A stretch of 64,000 nt of DNA from Phoronis australis (taxonomy: Eukaryota > Animalia > Phoronida): NCBI GenBank assembly GCA_002633005.1, contig NMRA01000075.1, positions 127,615-191,614 of the forward strand. The letters run 5' to 3'. The translations under genes were made by a program, and so were the position numbers. Of the stretch, positions 11,885 to 24,797 are shown piece by piece. Below the pieces are notes generated by a model. The model did not search any database and had not been told where the DNA came from. It worked only from the letters and a program-made list of their open reading frames with translations. Each line of letters starts with the position of its first letter. The first letter of the stretch is position 1.

Positions 11885-13861
11885 CCATAAACCCTATTCA
11901 CGCCTACAGGAGGCGCGTTCCAAAACGAGGCTCGCTACGATAGCTCTGGTGGCTTATCCGCGTAGTTGTACTCCGCGTTGCTCGAACAGCTAGAAAAAAT
12001 ACGGACACTCTGTTTTACAATCCCTAAGGACGTTGGGATTCGGAAGCATTGGGTCCGTGCCATACGCCGCGATGAAGGAAAATATGTCCGTGTAAAATTT
12101 ATAATCGTTTTCGAATCATAATTTGTCGCATCTCGGACTGGATGCCGTCATAGCAACGAGGACCGGAGTATCTTCGGCCAGCCAGGCTGTGTTTTCATGA
12201 CTATGGGTTGAAGCGCGATGCATTTTTCTTTACAAAAAGGACAGGGCCCTCAATCCCTCAATTTTGGTACCAAATGTCAGCCGTATTCCCCTCTCAAAAA
12301 TATTGAAAAATCAAAAATATTGAAGAATCACGCGAAATTCTCAGCCACGAGGCCTAAAAATCCCCTTTGTGATTGAAAATTTCACTCCAACGATTCAAAT
12401 TACCTGTGACCACAGAGGTGACAATTTGAAAAAGTACAAAATCATAGGCGGATTTAGGGGGGGNNNNNNNNNNNNNNNNNNNNNNNNNNNNNNNNNNNNN
12501 NNNNNNNNNNNNNNNNNNNNNNNNNNNNNNNNNNNNNNNNNNNNNNNNNNNNNNNNNNNNNNNNNNNNNNNNNNNNNNNNNNNNNNNNNNNNNNNNNNNN
12601 NNNNNNNNNNNNNNNNNNNNNNNNNNNNNNNNNNNNNNNNNNNNNNNNNNNNNNNNNNNNNNNNNNNNNNNNNNNNNNNNNNNNNNNNNNNNNNNNNNNN
12701 NNNNNNNNNNNNNNNNNNNNNNNNNNNNNNNNNNNNNNNNNNNNNNNNNNNNNNNNNNNNNNNNNNNNNNNNNNNNNNNNNNNNNNNNNNNNNNNNNNNN
12801 NNNNNNNNNNNNNNNNNNNNNNNNNNNNNNNNNNNNNNNNNNNNNNNNNNNNNNNNNNNNNNNNNNNNNNNNNNNNNNNNNNNNNNNNNNNNNNNNNNNN
12901 NNNNNNNNNNNNNNNNNNNNNNNNNNNNNNNNNNNNNNNNNNNNNNNNNNNNNNNNNNNNNNNNNNNNNNNNNNNNNNNNNNNNNNNNNNNNNNNNNNNN
13001 NNNNNNNNNATAGCCCCTTGACTCCCCTCTAAATCCGCCACTGTGTTCTGTCCAGTGAACTGAAATTGAGCTATAAAACGAGGTTATGTTTTGGACGAAA
13101 GAATTAGCAAGGTGTTTTAATTTTAAAATTTAACTTGATCGAGATTGATATTTGAAAAATATAACACATGAAACAAACGTAATTATTAAAACCAAGAAAG
13201 CAGAATTGATGTTCATATAATTTTTATTTTCAATTGCGAGCCTAGTTTTTTATCATAATCAAAACATTTATATTTAATAACATCAAGTATTATTTCAGAT
13301 CAATGACAAATCAACTGTTAGTCCTGGTTGAACCTACCTCACCAGGACCTAGGCTATGCTTGAAGCTAATAGGCCTACTCTTGATCAACTAATTAAACCA
13401 GATGAGACTTATTGTACATGACAGCAAAATGCTATGAGCCACCACTGTCGAATATATCTTCAACTCGTCAACAATACGACCAGATGACCTGGTTCGTGTA
13501 GAAAGCATTTTTATCAAGAATTTATTAGAAGAAACGTAACCCTGCATTCAACAGGATACCTAATCCGTAACACTACGATCGCCGCAATTTGGTCATGTTT
13601 ACTTTTCATGTTTCGAACCTAGTCTTCCGGAAAAAAACCTATATCCTTTCGTCAGACAACTCTTTGGTGCATTGACTTGTTCTTTAACTGTATTTTTCTA
13701 CGTCTCTGTGGAATAATTATCGACACATTTTTTAAGATTTAATATTCAGGTTGGACTCCAAAGACAGACCATTTAACTCACGCAATGTAAATTTCCGCTT
13801 TGTTTATCGCAGTGAGTCTCGCTTTGGATTTTAATGTCCGCCGCGTGAATAGAGTCTATTG
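11885..13861 (+). mobile_element. THAP-domain DNA transposon relic in CFAP53 intron 3
   Basis: 19-bp TIRs with 3 mismatches (CCATAAACCCTATTCACGC and GCGTGAATAGAGTCTATTG); disrupted THAP-like peptides CTPRCSN and IPKDVGIRKHWVRAIRRDEGKY at ~11967-12086. Confidence 0.65.
12464..13009. other. assembly gap
   Basis: N run. Confidence 1.
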
Positions 13862-14685
13862 TAGTTTGTACACAACTCATCGTTTTCAAGCACAATGGTG
13901 AATACATGCGAGTAGTGTTGTGAACTTTGACAGAATGACTGCGTGTATAGCAGCTTTAAGACTGTGGAACAATTTTGTGCAACTAACTCCATCTCGTGGA
14001 GTAATGTGAAATTTGCGTGGTGGCGTGTCTAGTTTGAAATGTCTTAACTACATGATAGTCTGTTTCACTCTTTAGACCAATAGGTGACTTTCGAAATAGC
14101 CACGCTATATTGATTTATTAACCCGCTAGATGGCGATCAAGTTTTCTGCAATGTCGGCAATTTTCCACTTTTGTGCGGTTGGATGTGTCAATGCTTTACA
14201 AAAAGGCAAACCTTTTGAAATATCAATGGATGATCAAGGACATCCAGTTTCATATATTTTCCAATGGGAAGATATTGCGCGATAAAGTCAGAGGCTGCTG
14301 CTGATAAAGCATGAAAATTTTGATCTCAGCAGTCAAAAAGCTAAAGTAAACTAGTGAATTTTAACTAGTAATCAAACAATTAGAGGGACTGCCAGTGGAA
14401 TTTATTTATGCTTTTATCTTTATGAATTACTATGGAGTAATTGAATTTCTGTCCACCAAATCTGAGTCGAGATCAATTGGAAATCACTTTCGTGCTCTCA
14501 TTACTCTAGAGAGTGCCAATATGAAAACTTAATGAACAGACACTCATGGTGTACATTGTATGGCCTTGGGCTATGCATTGGGATGATAATCCCCTGATAT
14601 TTAACTTACTACCATATGAGATTATATGTTTATGTTGTCCCCCCAGTGACCATGCTTCACACTAGCTGTACATAATCCTTTACAG

Positions 14686-14774
14686 AGAGCAGTGTGAAGA
14701 ACTACGTGCCACGATGAGCAAGAGACAGCAGGACCAAGTGTGTGTGGAGAGACTGGAGCAATTACGCATCAAAG
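14686..14774 (+). CDS. CFAP53: CFAP53 coding exon 4
   Basis: EQCEELRATMSKRQQDQVCVERLEQLRIK; tacag acceptor and gtaatg donor, phases 2/1. Confidence 0.9.
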
Positions 14775-15319
14775 GTAATGCAATACATGTTAATGAGGCA
14801 ATAGAGCAGTCTCATGTGTTTTTTGGCAAAGATGCCCAATTGTATGTTTTTAAGTTGCACATATGCCTCTTATAGGCATGGTTCCATTTATATCAGGCCT
14901 GATGCTATTTCTAGGCCAAAAACAATGCAAGATGCAACTGGCATCTTAGTGGTGTCGGACGGTATCATGCACATTTTTGAGTGCACGAAGAACGGGATGT
15001 TTACATTTAAACATACCAAATGGGCTTCAGTGGGAGGTACAGGACTCATGCCGCAGATTTTGTAAGAACCCCTCCAGATCCATTATCTACTGTTCTACCC
15101 ACTGGTGTCTTTTACGTGTTGATTGCCTGTAGCCACTGTGTGCAGGTGCTTGTTGGTCATTTGTACCACACTTGTCATCGATAAATGTCCATTGTTTGAA
15201 ACAGTGGACTTTATCTCAATTAAACATGAAAACTTTTGATACTTTATTCCATTACATGTTGGTTTCTAAGAAATTTATGAATGCCAAAAACTCCACTTTT
15301 CTCCTTTGCTCTTTGTCAG

Positions 15320-15534
15320 ATCATCTGGAAAAGCAGAAGAAAGAGCAAGAGCAGATGTACGCAGAGCTCTGGTATGAGGACATGATGGCCAAGGCGGAGA
15401 AGGAGGAACGACAGGCTAAAGAGCTGCACGAGCGCAACAAGGAGGTGCTGGCCTACCTGCAGATGCAGATGAAGGCATTGGAGCAGCAGAAGGAAGAGTC
15501 TCTGAGACTGAAGGCTGAAGAGGCTCAGATACTG
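15320..15534 (+). CDS. CFAP53: CFAP53 coding exon 5
   Basis: DHLEKQKKEQEQMYAELWYEDMMAK...LKAEEAQIL; gtcag acceptor and gtaagt donor, phases 1/0. Confidence 0.9.
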
Positions 15535-15910
15535 GTAAGTGTTTGAATGCTTCTGTATGTTCCAAAGGTATCTCCAGATGCAGAAGAGGTCATTTAGGCT
15601 GAAGAGGCCCAGATACTGGTAAGTGTTTGAGTGCTTCTGTATGTTCCAAGGTATCTCCAGATGCAGAAGAAGAGTCATTAAGGCTGAAGAGGCTCAGATA
15701 CTGGTTAGTATTTGAATGCTTCTGTACGTTCCAAGGTATCTCCAGATGCAGAAGAAGTCATTGAGGCTCAAGAGGCCTAGATCTTGGTAAGTGTTTGAAT
15801 GCTTCTTCGTGTTTTAAAATATCTCCAGATGCAGAAGTCATTAAAAATGAAGAGGCCCAAATTCTGGTAAGTATCGTTGTATGCTTGTTATGTTCCACAA
15901 TATTTCCAAG
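15495..15910 (+). repeat. ~80-85 bp tandem repeat, 5 copies of the CFAP53 exon-5 end plus donor
   Basis: GAAGAGGCYCARATWCTG|GTWAGT recurs, with GT at 15535, 15619, 15704, 15787 and 15867. Confidence 0.9.
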
Positions 15911-16249
15911 TCTAGACACGAGCTGTAATACTGTTGAATTAGTCACTGGGACTGAAGACAGAACCAGCCTGAGTTGATTGTCTAGACAATGGTTTATGAA
16001 TACTTTTCTGTGATGAAATGCTTCTTAATGATTTCGAAATCAGATTTAGCAGTGTCAGGGAAATGGCATTTGCAGTGTGTTGATAAATCCCAGTTTATGT
16101 CGAGCTGTGTTGTGTGTTACAGAAAATCCTAGAGCAAAGACCATTTCATTTTGCATTGCAGATGTATGGCATGACCTGGAAAGGTGACCGTGCATTACTG
16201 CATGTCAAATAATGAATGTTTCATAAAATTGCTCTTTGTGTGCTTGTAG

Positions 16250-16468
16250 AAGGAGCAGGCAACTCTCCGGAAAATTGAAGAGCAGAAGGCCCGTGAAGAG
16301 AAGGCGCGGGTTCAAGCAGAGACACGTCAAATGTACGACATCTCACTCCGCATGAAGATGAAGAAACAGGCAAAGGAAGTTCAAGAACAACTGGCATTTG
16401 ACATGAAGATTCTGGAACAATTGTTGGAGGAGACGAGGAACGAAGCCTTGGAGCAGGCCCAAAGGAAG
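16250..16468 (+). CDS. CFAP53: CFAP53 coding exon 6
   Basis: KEQATLRKIEEQK...QEQLAFDMKILEQLLEETRNEALEQAQRK; phases 0/0. Confidence 0.9.
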
Positions 16469-16986
16469 GTCAGAACAGTTTTGGAGTTCATGCCTGACTT
16501 AAGTGCATTTGAACACTTGTTTTACATGTTACCTAGATGTCATTATTCTTCGACTTGCCTTAAGAGCACTGCAGGTCTCAGACTCAAATGCGAGCTCACA
16601 GACAGTCCCTACCATTGTTTCTTGGACCACTTTCTTTGGAGTTTGATGGCCTTGTTCTGTGGACCAGTTTCTTTGGAGTTTGTTGAGATTACGCAAACTC
16701 ATGGCAGTGAAATTTAGGCAAAATTTTGACTTATAAATTTCCCTACCTTACTAGCGTAAACTAGCAAAAATTGTCACTTCAGAAGTGATTGGTCGCCAAG
16801 ACTGAAGTGTTGAATTGCATGAGGAAATTCACAGTTCCCATTTCATAAGCGAAGTGTGTTGCAAGTGTCTAGCATTAAAGAACACACCAGGAGCCATAAC
16901 TTTATTGTCTCTTAACTATCCCTACCTGTATCTAAAGCAATTCTTATTCAACATTTCAATAATGCGATGACATTTCTGTACTACAG

Positions 16987-17203
16987 AGGGAGCTCTGTGA
17001 GGAGAACCAACGGTACCGCAAGTATCTGCATGACATGATGGAAGAAGAGAAACGAAGAGAACAAGAACTCGATCGTATCATCGACGCTGAAGTTGAGGCT
17101 ATGTGGCAAAAACGTTTGAAACAGTGGCGTCTTGAGAAAGAGGCTAGGCAGAAACTACTGCAGGAAGTAATGGCCACCAGGGAGAAACAGTTGATGGATA
17201 AGC
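16987..17203 (+). CDS. CFAP53: CFAP53 coding exon 7
   Basis: RELCEENQRYRKYL...RLEKEARQKLLQEVMATREKQL; ctacag acceptor and gtgagt donor, phases 0/1. Confidence 0.92.
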
Positions 17204-18178
17204 GTGAGTATTTGTTAGCAGCTTGGTGGTTAGTGTGTCACGTCCATAGATTATAGACTCTGTATATTCTCTGTGTTGTTGTGCACAAGCCGCAACATCC
17301 TTGTCCACTAGCGCCAGTTGACGAGTTACCTTCCTTTGCTTCTGGTTGCAGGCTACAGTTTCATTTCTGCTATTGTAACAGCTGAACTATAATTGCTAAG
17401 ATTACAACTCCAAGAATTTTACTAAAAGAAGCTTTTCTATGCCAAAATGTTTTCTTTTGTTCTGTTAGATGGTAAAATAGATATCAGACTTTCCTATAAG
17501 GATACATTATAAGTAAGCTGAGATTAGTCCACAAAGTAAGTGGGGCATACACTAGCAATGTGAGCTGTGAAGCTGTTGTCTATGATATATGGTCGAGATT
17601 TTTAGGCTATAGTTTGACTAGGTTACTTGGAAATGGGTCTCTTGTGAGATAAGTAGCAAGGTCGATTTTTGCCCCACTTTTGTTGATGTCATGATGAGGC
17701 TGGAATTTTGAATTGTGGAAGAGAATTGTAAGCTCACTATTTCTGTTTCATAAACCTAGTTTGTCTCCGCAAGTGTCCCTTGAGCGTCTTGCCCTGGGTA
17801 GCACGTAGCGAACTAGAGCCAAGATAATGGGGCAAAAACCTACCTTGCTACTTATGTCACAAACTGTCTATTTGTATGCTTTAAATGGGTGGATTGTGAT
17901 GCGGAGCATAGGTCTCATTTGGCTTTGAAATCCATAGTCTTATTTATTTATTTATTTATTTTTACTATTAGAGCATTTACTTTATCTATGATTTGTTTTG
18001 ATAACCCATTAAACTTAAGTAAGTTTTTTTATTTCGATATGGATAGTTTATTTAAATTTTTCCACAAGTTTAAATTTCTCTTCGTTACCACTTTGTGTTT
18101 GTAAGGTTGTTTCAGCAAATTGTGATTGACTTAAAATAAACAATTGACACATTTAACGATTGACCCTTACTCCCACAG

Positions 18179-18516
18179 TGATGGCCAATGAGAAGGCTCA
18201 AGAGGAGGCACGTCGACAGCGAGAGAATATCAAGCGAATCATTGAAGAGAACAAACGGTTGGAGGAAGAGCAGAAGAGAGAGATCTGGGAACGTAACCTC
18301 AAGCACCAGGCTGACCTTGATGGACAGATTGTCTATAATCAAGTATTGAAGGATGAAGAACGTGCTGAGGAAGTCCGCATGTGGTCTGCTGGCCAGGACG
18401 CTGAGAGAGACTACCAGCGCCGCCTCAAGGAAGCACTAGATAATCCGTACGATGCCAAGGCACATCCCATCAGGCTAAGGGGCAGCGCACGACAGAGGAA
18501 CCCCATCCTGCAATAG
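18179..18516 (+). CDS. CFAP53: CFAP53 coding exon 8 (stop)
   Basis: cacag acceptor; ...LDGQIVYNQ...AHPIRLRGSARQRNPILQ*, with an HPxR C-terminal motif like CFAP53; AATAAA at 18971-18976. Confidence 0.92.
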
Positions 18517-19404
18517 TCGTACTAAATTTTGACAATGTTCGATTTTATCGCCACTCTGAAAGATTATAGTAGCTTATGATACTGCAATTCACCATGGGAA
18601 GTTAATACTTGACTGACTAGCACATTGAACAGTTGTGTTTGAGCTGATAAAAATGTGATGGAAGATGCTTCTCACTTTCTCGGAGTGTCGATGTACTGAG
18701 TATGGGAGTGGGTATTGTAGAAATATTATCCCTTCAGACTTTTTTCGTTTCAGCATTCCACGTTGGCATTAATGTGAGTTTAGAATGACAACAATGTACA
18801 TTCATGAGTTTTATGAAAAGAATTTTAATTTTTATGAAAAGTGGACATGATTACTATGAAAACTTACAGTACCTTTTATTTATTCAAAATGAGAAGTGCT
18901 TTCCCATGAAAATGTAAGAAAAATATATTAATTATTGTGTAAATATACCCTTTTCTACATGTAATGGGCTAATAAAAAGTTGTAAATAATCGAATGTGTC
19001 TTTATATTCTACATTTCTTCCCAGTTGACTACACTCTACTTGTGAGATGTATTGCACAAAAGAATTTCATTGTCCACAAAGAAAATGGATTATTCTCAGC
19101 TGTTACAGTGTATGTAAGTCCATGGTCTTGGTCTGGAGCAAACGTTCTCTGTATCTCACTGGCTCAGTGGTAAGAAAGAATGTGTGAGACATTGGAGCCA
19201 ACTTAATTGCCAAATGTTTACCACTACTTTATCGTTTAAGTGCGTGACATACAGTGGTAAATGATTGTAAACCTTCTCAAGGACGGAGAAAGTGTGACAG
19301 CTGCGCAGTAGACTTCTTAAATCTACTGTTAGCATACGCAGGAGGCCGGCACTATCGACTGAACTTCGCCAAGAGTGGTAGCCTGATTTTGTTACATTCT
19401 AGTA

Positions 19405-20339
19405 CAGTGGCGGATCTAGGATATCACAAGGGGGTCCCAACATTTTGTCCAGCTTAAAGCATTTGCGCAAACCACGATTGTAGATGCGCAGAGCCCCGAA
19501 TGGGGGGAGGTCGGGAGGGGAGTCCCCCTCCAGCTCAGGAAATTTTTCTGTTTTTTCCTCTAAAAATCAAGCATTTTCCTTGATTCCTGTAGCAATTACC
19601 AGAGACTCGAACTCACGACCTGGCGGATAGAGCGCGCGTGCTTAACCACTACACCACCACGACTTAGCTACTAATCCTATGATAAGAGGCCTTCTTGTTT
19701 ATGGTCCACAGCGTTTGCGCGAGAAACCTACTTCTTTTTGTATTACACGTTTTATATTTTGTGCAATCGGCTCTTAACAAATTTGTTGTGTTTAAAATAG
19801 TCTTCAAATGCCCAAAAAACCAAATCCGTTTTTCGTGTTAGTGGCAATAATGACGGGATTGCTTTGGAAATCGTCTTGAAGACTTAAATTTAAGGTTTGA
19901 GAAAGAGAGAATTATGAGTTTCTGAGTGATTCACTAAGGCTTCGATTAAAATTCACATCTTACCAGCAGCTTCTGTTTTTTCATCGCCACTCTGGATCCA
20001 TTTTCTTTAAAAAATGAAGAAAATTTTCTTCATTGCACAGTGGAGCAGACGACGGAAACGGAGTGGTAGTGCGCAGCGCCACTGCCGGTCGCCAGGGATA
20101 TCGCAGGAGAGCCTATACTTAGCCAAAGTTCCGTTACGAATGCACGTGTTCCGAATTTAACACTTGAAATTGGATCTGAGCCTCCCCCGCACACATTTAA
20201 ATCTTGTTTCATCCGTATAATTTTAATTACCGAGATTAATTAATGAACTCAACATTTCCCTACGCTCTTTCTGTTTTATTTTTTTTGGCAGCCAAAGGGG
20301 GGGCGGGCCTCCTGCCCCCCCCCCTAAATCCTCCTATGT
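19405..20339. mobile_element. element bounded by CAGTGGCGGATYTAGG-type ends
   Basis: CAGTGGCGGATCTAGG at the left end and CCCCCTAAATCCTCCTATG at the right; related ends at 1-72, 12445, 13025-13043 and 46587. Confidence 0.45.
19599..19668 (-). mobile_element. tRNA-derived SINE-like head
   Basis: - strand GGTGGTGTAGTGGTTAAG (A-box) ... GAGTTCGAGTCTC (B-box). Confidence 0.6.
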
Positions 20340-22898
20340 AGTATCCATTAAAGTCGAGAGCGTCTTTGACCGACATGGTGTGATTTCATTGAGGAGGGCG
20401 TATTGTTTGTAAATTGTCTTTCTGAAGCTCATACATTTTGTCAATTTCGGGTATTTTGCTCAATTTTTAAATTGTATTCTTCCTACGGTGTAGATCGCTT
20501 TAACACATGTTATAATATTGCTGTACTGGAAAAGCATGGTAACTTTGGCAGACTGATAGAAATGAGTTGCCGGTTTTTCCTCAGTTCACACTAAGTTTTG
20601 TCAGTGACGGTTGTTGTTACGCCGACAAATATTGTCGCCTGGGCGCAAATTTTGGCCTGGGCGACAATATGCTGCGGTTTTATCGCCATAATTGTCGCCC
20701 TGACAAGTGTAACAGTGTATGGTGTCACATTGTGATCATAGCACCTATCTCTGCACCCTAAAAGCATCTACGAAAAGAAACAATATACATTTTACGAAGA
20801 CTCAAGTAAAAATTTACCCTCTCTATAGCATTGGGGAAGAAAGACAGTGAATTACACAAAAAAGGTTATGGCAACACAGGCGAAATAATGCAGTTTCTGG
20901 GGACACCGAAAATCGTAATAATCTGAACTGAAGCCTCCCAGATTGTATTCCATAATTTAAGGCCAAACATTTCTTTGGATAGTCATCATTTCTCTTGTGT
21001 TGTCAATCAGCCATGGTCTGTAAGCCTACCCACTACTGGGTATCGCCCTTAATAAAATATCTATTTTGACGGTGTATTTTGGTTCATTCGGCATATATTA
21101 TCTCCCGGGCGGCAATGTGTCGAGCCATTGCCGTTTTGACGTCGTCCGACCAATCATTGGAGCAAGTGAACAGAGACGGCTATTTGAGGGGCCTTCGAGC
21201 AACATCGGCTACTGTTCTCCGATTGACCTATCGCAAGCTCCGCCCCTATGCGAAAAGTCACGTGATACCCGACAATCGAACGAGATGTCAGAGGCAAATA
21301 CACTGCCGCTAAACGATGTTCCTGATGGAATCGATGAGTGTTTTTGCACTATTTGAAAACGCTTCGACAGAGACAAGAGGCGATTCTTTTCAACAGAGAA
21401 TCGTACGTTCATGATATGGGAATTTGTAAAGGTGACGATGAAAAAATAAGTGCTCGAGGAACCAGCAAAAATCCGAAGAACCCCTCGGCCNCCCCCCCCC
21501 TAATTCCGCCTGCCCGTTTGCACCATTAAGACATTTGAATTAGGCCTACCTTCTTATGAACTTGGCATTTTTTGTAGTTTCATTCCATAAAGGTAGCTTT
21601 CATTTAATTTTGAAGGTAGGGTGATCACTAAGTCGTGATATGGTTACAAAAGATTTCAAGTCTGGTGTGGTAGTTGCAAAAATAGGGTATTTAAAAAATA
21701 ACTCAAATTATTTTTTAAGCTTCATAAATTTAAATATCATGTTTGAACAACTTCAAAATGAGCTCTCTCTAACTCTACAGACATAGTGTATACTAGAGGT
21801 ACACGTCAAAAAGTAATTCAACAGTTTATTTTTAGTGTCAACAGCTCGACCAAGGCTTTGAGTTCAGTAATCCATGAGTGCCCCTCCTTGTGCCGATCGA
21901 ATCTCTGAATTTTGACCGGGAGAGAAGTTCATTTGAACGCCAGCCTACGGGTTTATGAATAACAAAAATGTACCTCTGATACGAAATAAAATAATGTCCA
22001 TTAGGTTGAAATAAATAAAAAAAACATAAAATAAAAATGTCCTTAAAACAGCAATTTCCGGGGATTACCGCTAGAGTGCTGAGATCCAGCAGGTGCCGAG
22101 ACAAAGGCGGCCAGATGTAAGAAACTCGGGAGTCAAAATCTGAGATAGCCCTGCACCATAGCCACCAAGCTGAAAAGTGCGTATCTTGGAACTAATATAT
22201 TTGTTTTTATTATAGCCTTCGAGTTATCAAGCAACATCGCTAAGTTCAGCTGCTCGTGTGGCTGTACAGTTTGATCCATAGTTTAACACGCTTTTCAACA
22301 TCATTTTTCGGCTTAGGACACACAAAAAATGACGGGATATTATTCTGGAGCAGCATAACGGCTGTCGGTGTTACACACGCCATTTCTACACCGTTTCCCC
22401 ATTCTCAGCGGACAATTTCTTGAGCTATAGACTAAAGTAAGTTTTATTCGACTACGTGTGGTTTGTCGGGTAAAATGGCGGCTTGGAAACGCAGACGAAG
22501 GTGTGCCAAGAATGCTGCGTTCGGATTGGTCAATTACGCCGTCCGCCATAATCCTGGCGATAGGTCAATTGCGAAATCGGTCGAACAACGAAATAATATT
22601 TTTAACTTTTGCCCAACGGCAATGGTTGGTGACTTTTGACTCGGACTCCCAGCCGACGCGTCTCATAAGTCGTCACAATTGCCCGAGAACTATGAGCTCG
22701 TAAACTCAGATTGGCGTGGGAAACTACGTTGTTACCGCGTTATAGGTTCACGTGATTTTTATTCAGTACTAACAGCGTTTCCTTTTTCAAGTAATTTTCA
22801 TCATATTTGTAATTAAACAAAGCGGCTGTTCTGCCATGTTTACTACTGATTTTGTTGTTGATGAAACCAATCATAGTTATTTCCTCGTTTTGGTGGTT

Positions 22899-24110
22899 TC
22901 ATTTAACTTTTTTAGGACTACTAGTCCTAATGCTCTCTCGTTTTGTACTTTTAGCGACCTTTTTGGTTATTTTTGCAACGTTTAAATCCTTTAGGGGTGG
23001 ATTCCCGGTTGGGCCTGGTGTTGGTCTTTCTCTGCCAGTGCTGTACTTTCTGCGCTGTTTAGATGCGAGTTTCGATGTCGTGCTAGTCGTTGTCAGATGA
23101 AGTCTTGGGATAGTGCCTCGCCGGGAACTTCCACCGGAAGTTATGCGTCCCTCATTTTTCACACTTTTCAACTTGTTGTCGCTGTTGCTATAGCCACCGC
23201 GCTTTGGTTTGGAAGATTTCTGACGACTGACACTTGCTCTTTTCGTTTGAGAGATCGGTCTACTTTCATTCATGTCATTCGTGCCCTTGACGCTAATAGG
23301 TCTTCGCGAACCTGCTGCACTTGACCGTCGCCTATTTTTATCCACAAGGGGCTCTTTCTTGGAGACAGATCTCCTTGCTTTTGATTCAAAATTGGGCGTC
23401 ACCCTGCTCCCGACACTTGCTCGCTTGTCTTCTCTCCTGAAACTTTCTCTTCGGCCATTTTGGGGGTCAGTTTTGCATTGCACTCTTCGTTTTTTCTGCC
23501 CCGAGGTGGAAGGTACAGCACTGCGGTGCTTGTTGTTCTTGCTGCTTACGGGACGCGATCCAACACAGCTATCTTTTCTCGGAGTCATCCCCGCACGTCT
23601 AAGTGTATTCTTCGACGCAGTACCACGTTCATCCGCAATGGTTCTCTTTCGTCGCCTGTCATCTCTCGCGGGCGCCATAGCTGACGACACCCTTTTCACA
23701 CTAAGTCGCTTTCGCTCTTGAGCATTTGACTTTTCAGCTTGTGATAAGCGCCCTCTTGCAGAATTCGACCGCTTATCTACTTGAGAGGTACTCACGCTGT
23801 GACGTTTTGTGCTGCCTTTTCGTTGCAAACTGCTGCGATGACGCTGCGCGACTACCGCTTCAGATTCACCAAGATTCGTGTCGGAAACCTGAGATTTGGC
23901 AGATTCGTTAGCAAGTTGTTCAGTTTCAAGCAAACTTTCCCGCCTGCTTTGCTGTACAGATTCTGTGGTGCTTTCGTGGGTTCCCTCATTGTCAGTCTTG
24001 TCATTTGACATGTCGGGCTTTAAAAGAGGCTCACTGCTTGGGGTTGAGGGTGCATTCGCGGATTCTGTTGAACGTTTTGCAGCCTTTTTTCTCCGAACGC
24101 TTTTCTTCAT
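22899..24110 (-). CDS. intronless Arg/Ser/Lys-rich basic low-complexity protein (~403 aa), function unknown
   Basis: 1.2 kb open frame in AT-rich DNA; first ATG at 24110 (MKKSVRRKK...); AATAAA on - at 22758-22763; no recognisable domain. Confidence 0.65.
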   Translation of the reverse strand: MKKSVRRKKAAKRSTESANAPSTPSSEPLLKPDMSNDKTDNEGTHESTTESVQQSRRESLLETEQLANESAKSQVSDTNLGESEAVVAQRHRSSLQRKGSTKRHSVSTSQVDKRSNSARGRLSQAEKSNAQERKRLSVKRVSSAMAPARDDRRRKRTIADERGTASKNTLRRAGMTPRKDSCVGSRPVSSKNNKHRSAVPSTSGQKKRRVQCKTDPQNGRRESFRREDKRASVGSRVTPNFESKARRSVSKKEPLVDKNRRRSSAAGSRRPISVKGTNDMNESRPISQTKRASVSRQKSSKPKRGGYSNSDNKLKSVKNEGRITSGGSSRRGTIPRLHLTTTSTTSKLASKQRRKYSTGRERPTPGPTGNPPLKDLNVAKITKKVAKSTKRESIRTSSPKKVK

Positions 24111-24797
24111 AGGCAACCTTGGCAATAATTAAAAACGAATCAGATTTAAATTATTTGAAATGACTATAGCCTATCATGTAAATGTTGGAGAAAACGTAAA
24201 CTTCAATAATTTCCTTTTGTTTTAGACCACGAGCGCCATAAACATGTAAAGAATGTTTTGCTCCCAGTTTTCAGAAGAGACTGGGGCCTGTTTTTCTAAA
24301 GCTGTTGCGGCCTTTTGGCCTGAATTGCATCTGGAAACAATTCAGTAACAAGGAACGACTCCCGGCTCTGAAGTGCACGTGAGACTTTAAGTTCCGGGAA
24401 AACAAAGCATAGTTACAGTAAAGAAACTCGTCTGCGTAGGCCGTAATATTATACTAGTGTTCACTTAATTTCAATTTGGATTCTTATCAAAATAGACCAG
24501 AGTATATCAAAAATAATTTTGAGTTCCAGTTCAGAGATTCAATGAGATCCCGGACTCAACAGCTTCCTGAGTTTCGGCTATTACAAATTCCACATCCTGG
24601 TCACTTAACGTGCAAGAAATTTGGTGATACATAAAATAGCCGCAATCATTTTACAAAATGTCGAATATTATAATGAGTTTACCAACCTCTTCCTTTTCGT
24701 TTCCGCAGTAGGCATTGCTAACCTGTCAAGAGGGACCTCGGGCCGATGACACTCACCACACCCAGATGTTTTTACACAAGGGAAATATTTCCATTTG

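Noticed and set aside
15495-15910. Regularly spaced repeats resembling a CRISPR array
   Set aside because: The whole unit repeats with no unique spacers, it derives from the host exon, and the DNA is eukaryotic with no cas genes.
22852-24132. Several + strand ORFs overlapping the basic ORF, and - strand ORFs over 41000-41932
   Set aside because: Antisense shadows of the longer coding frames, with no independent support.
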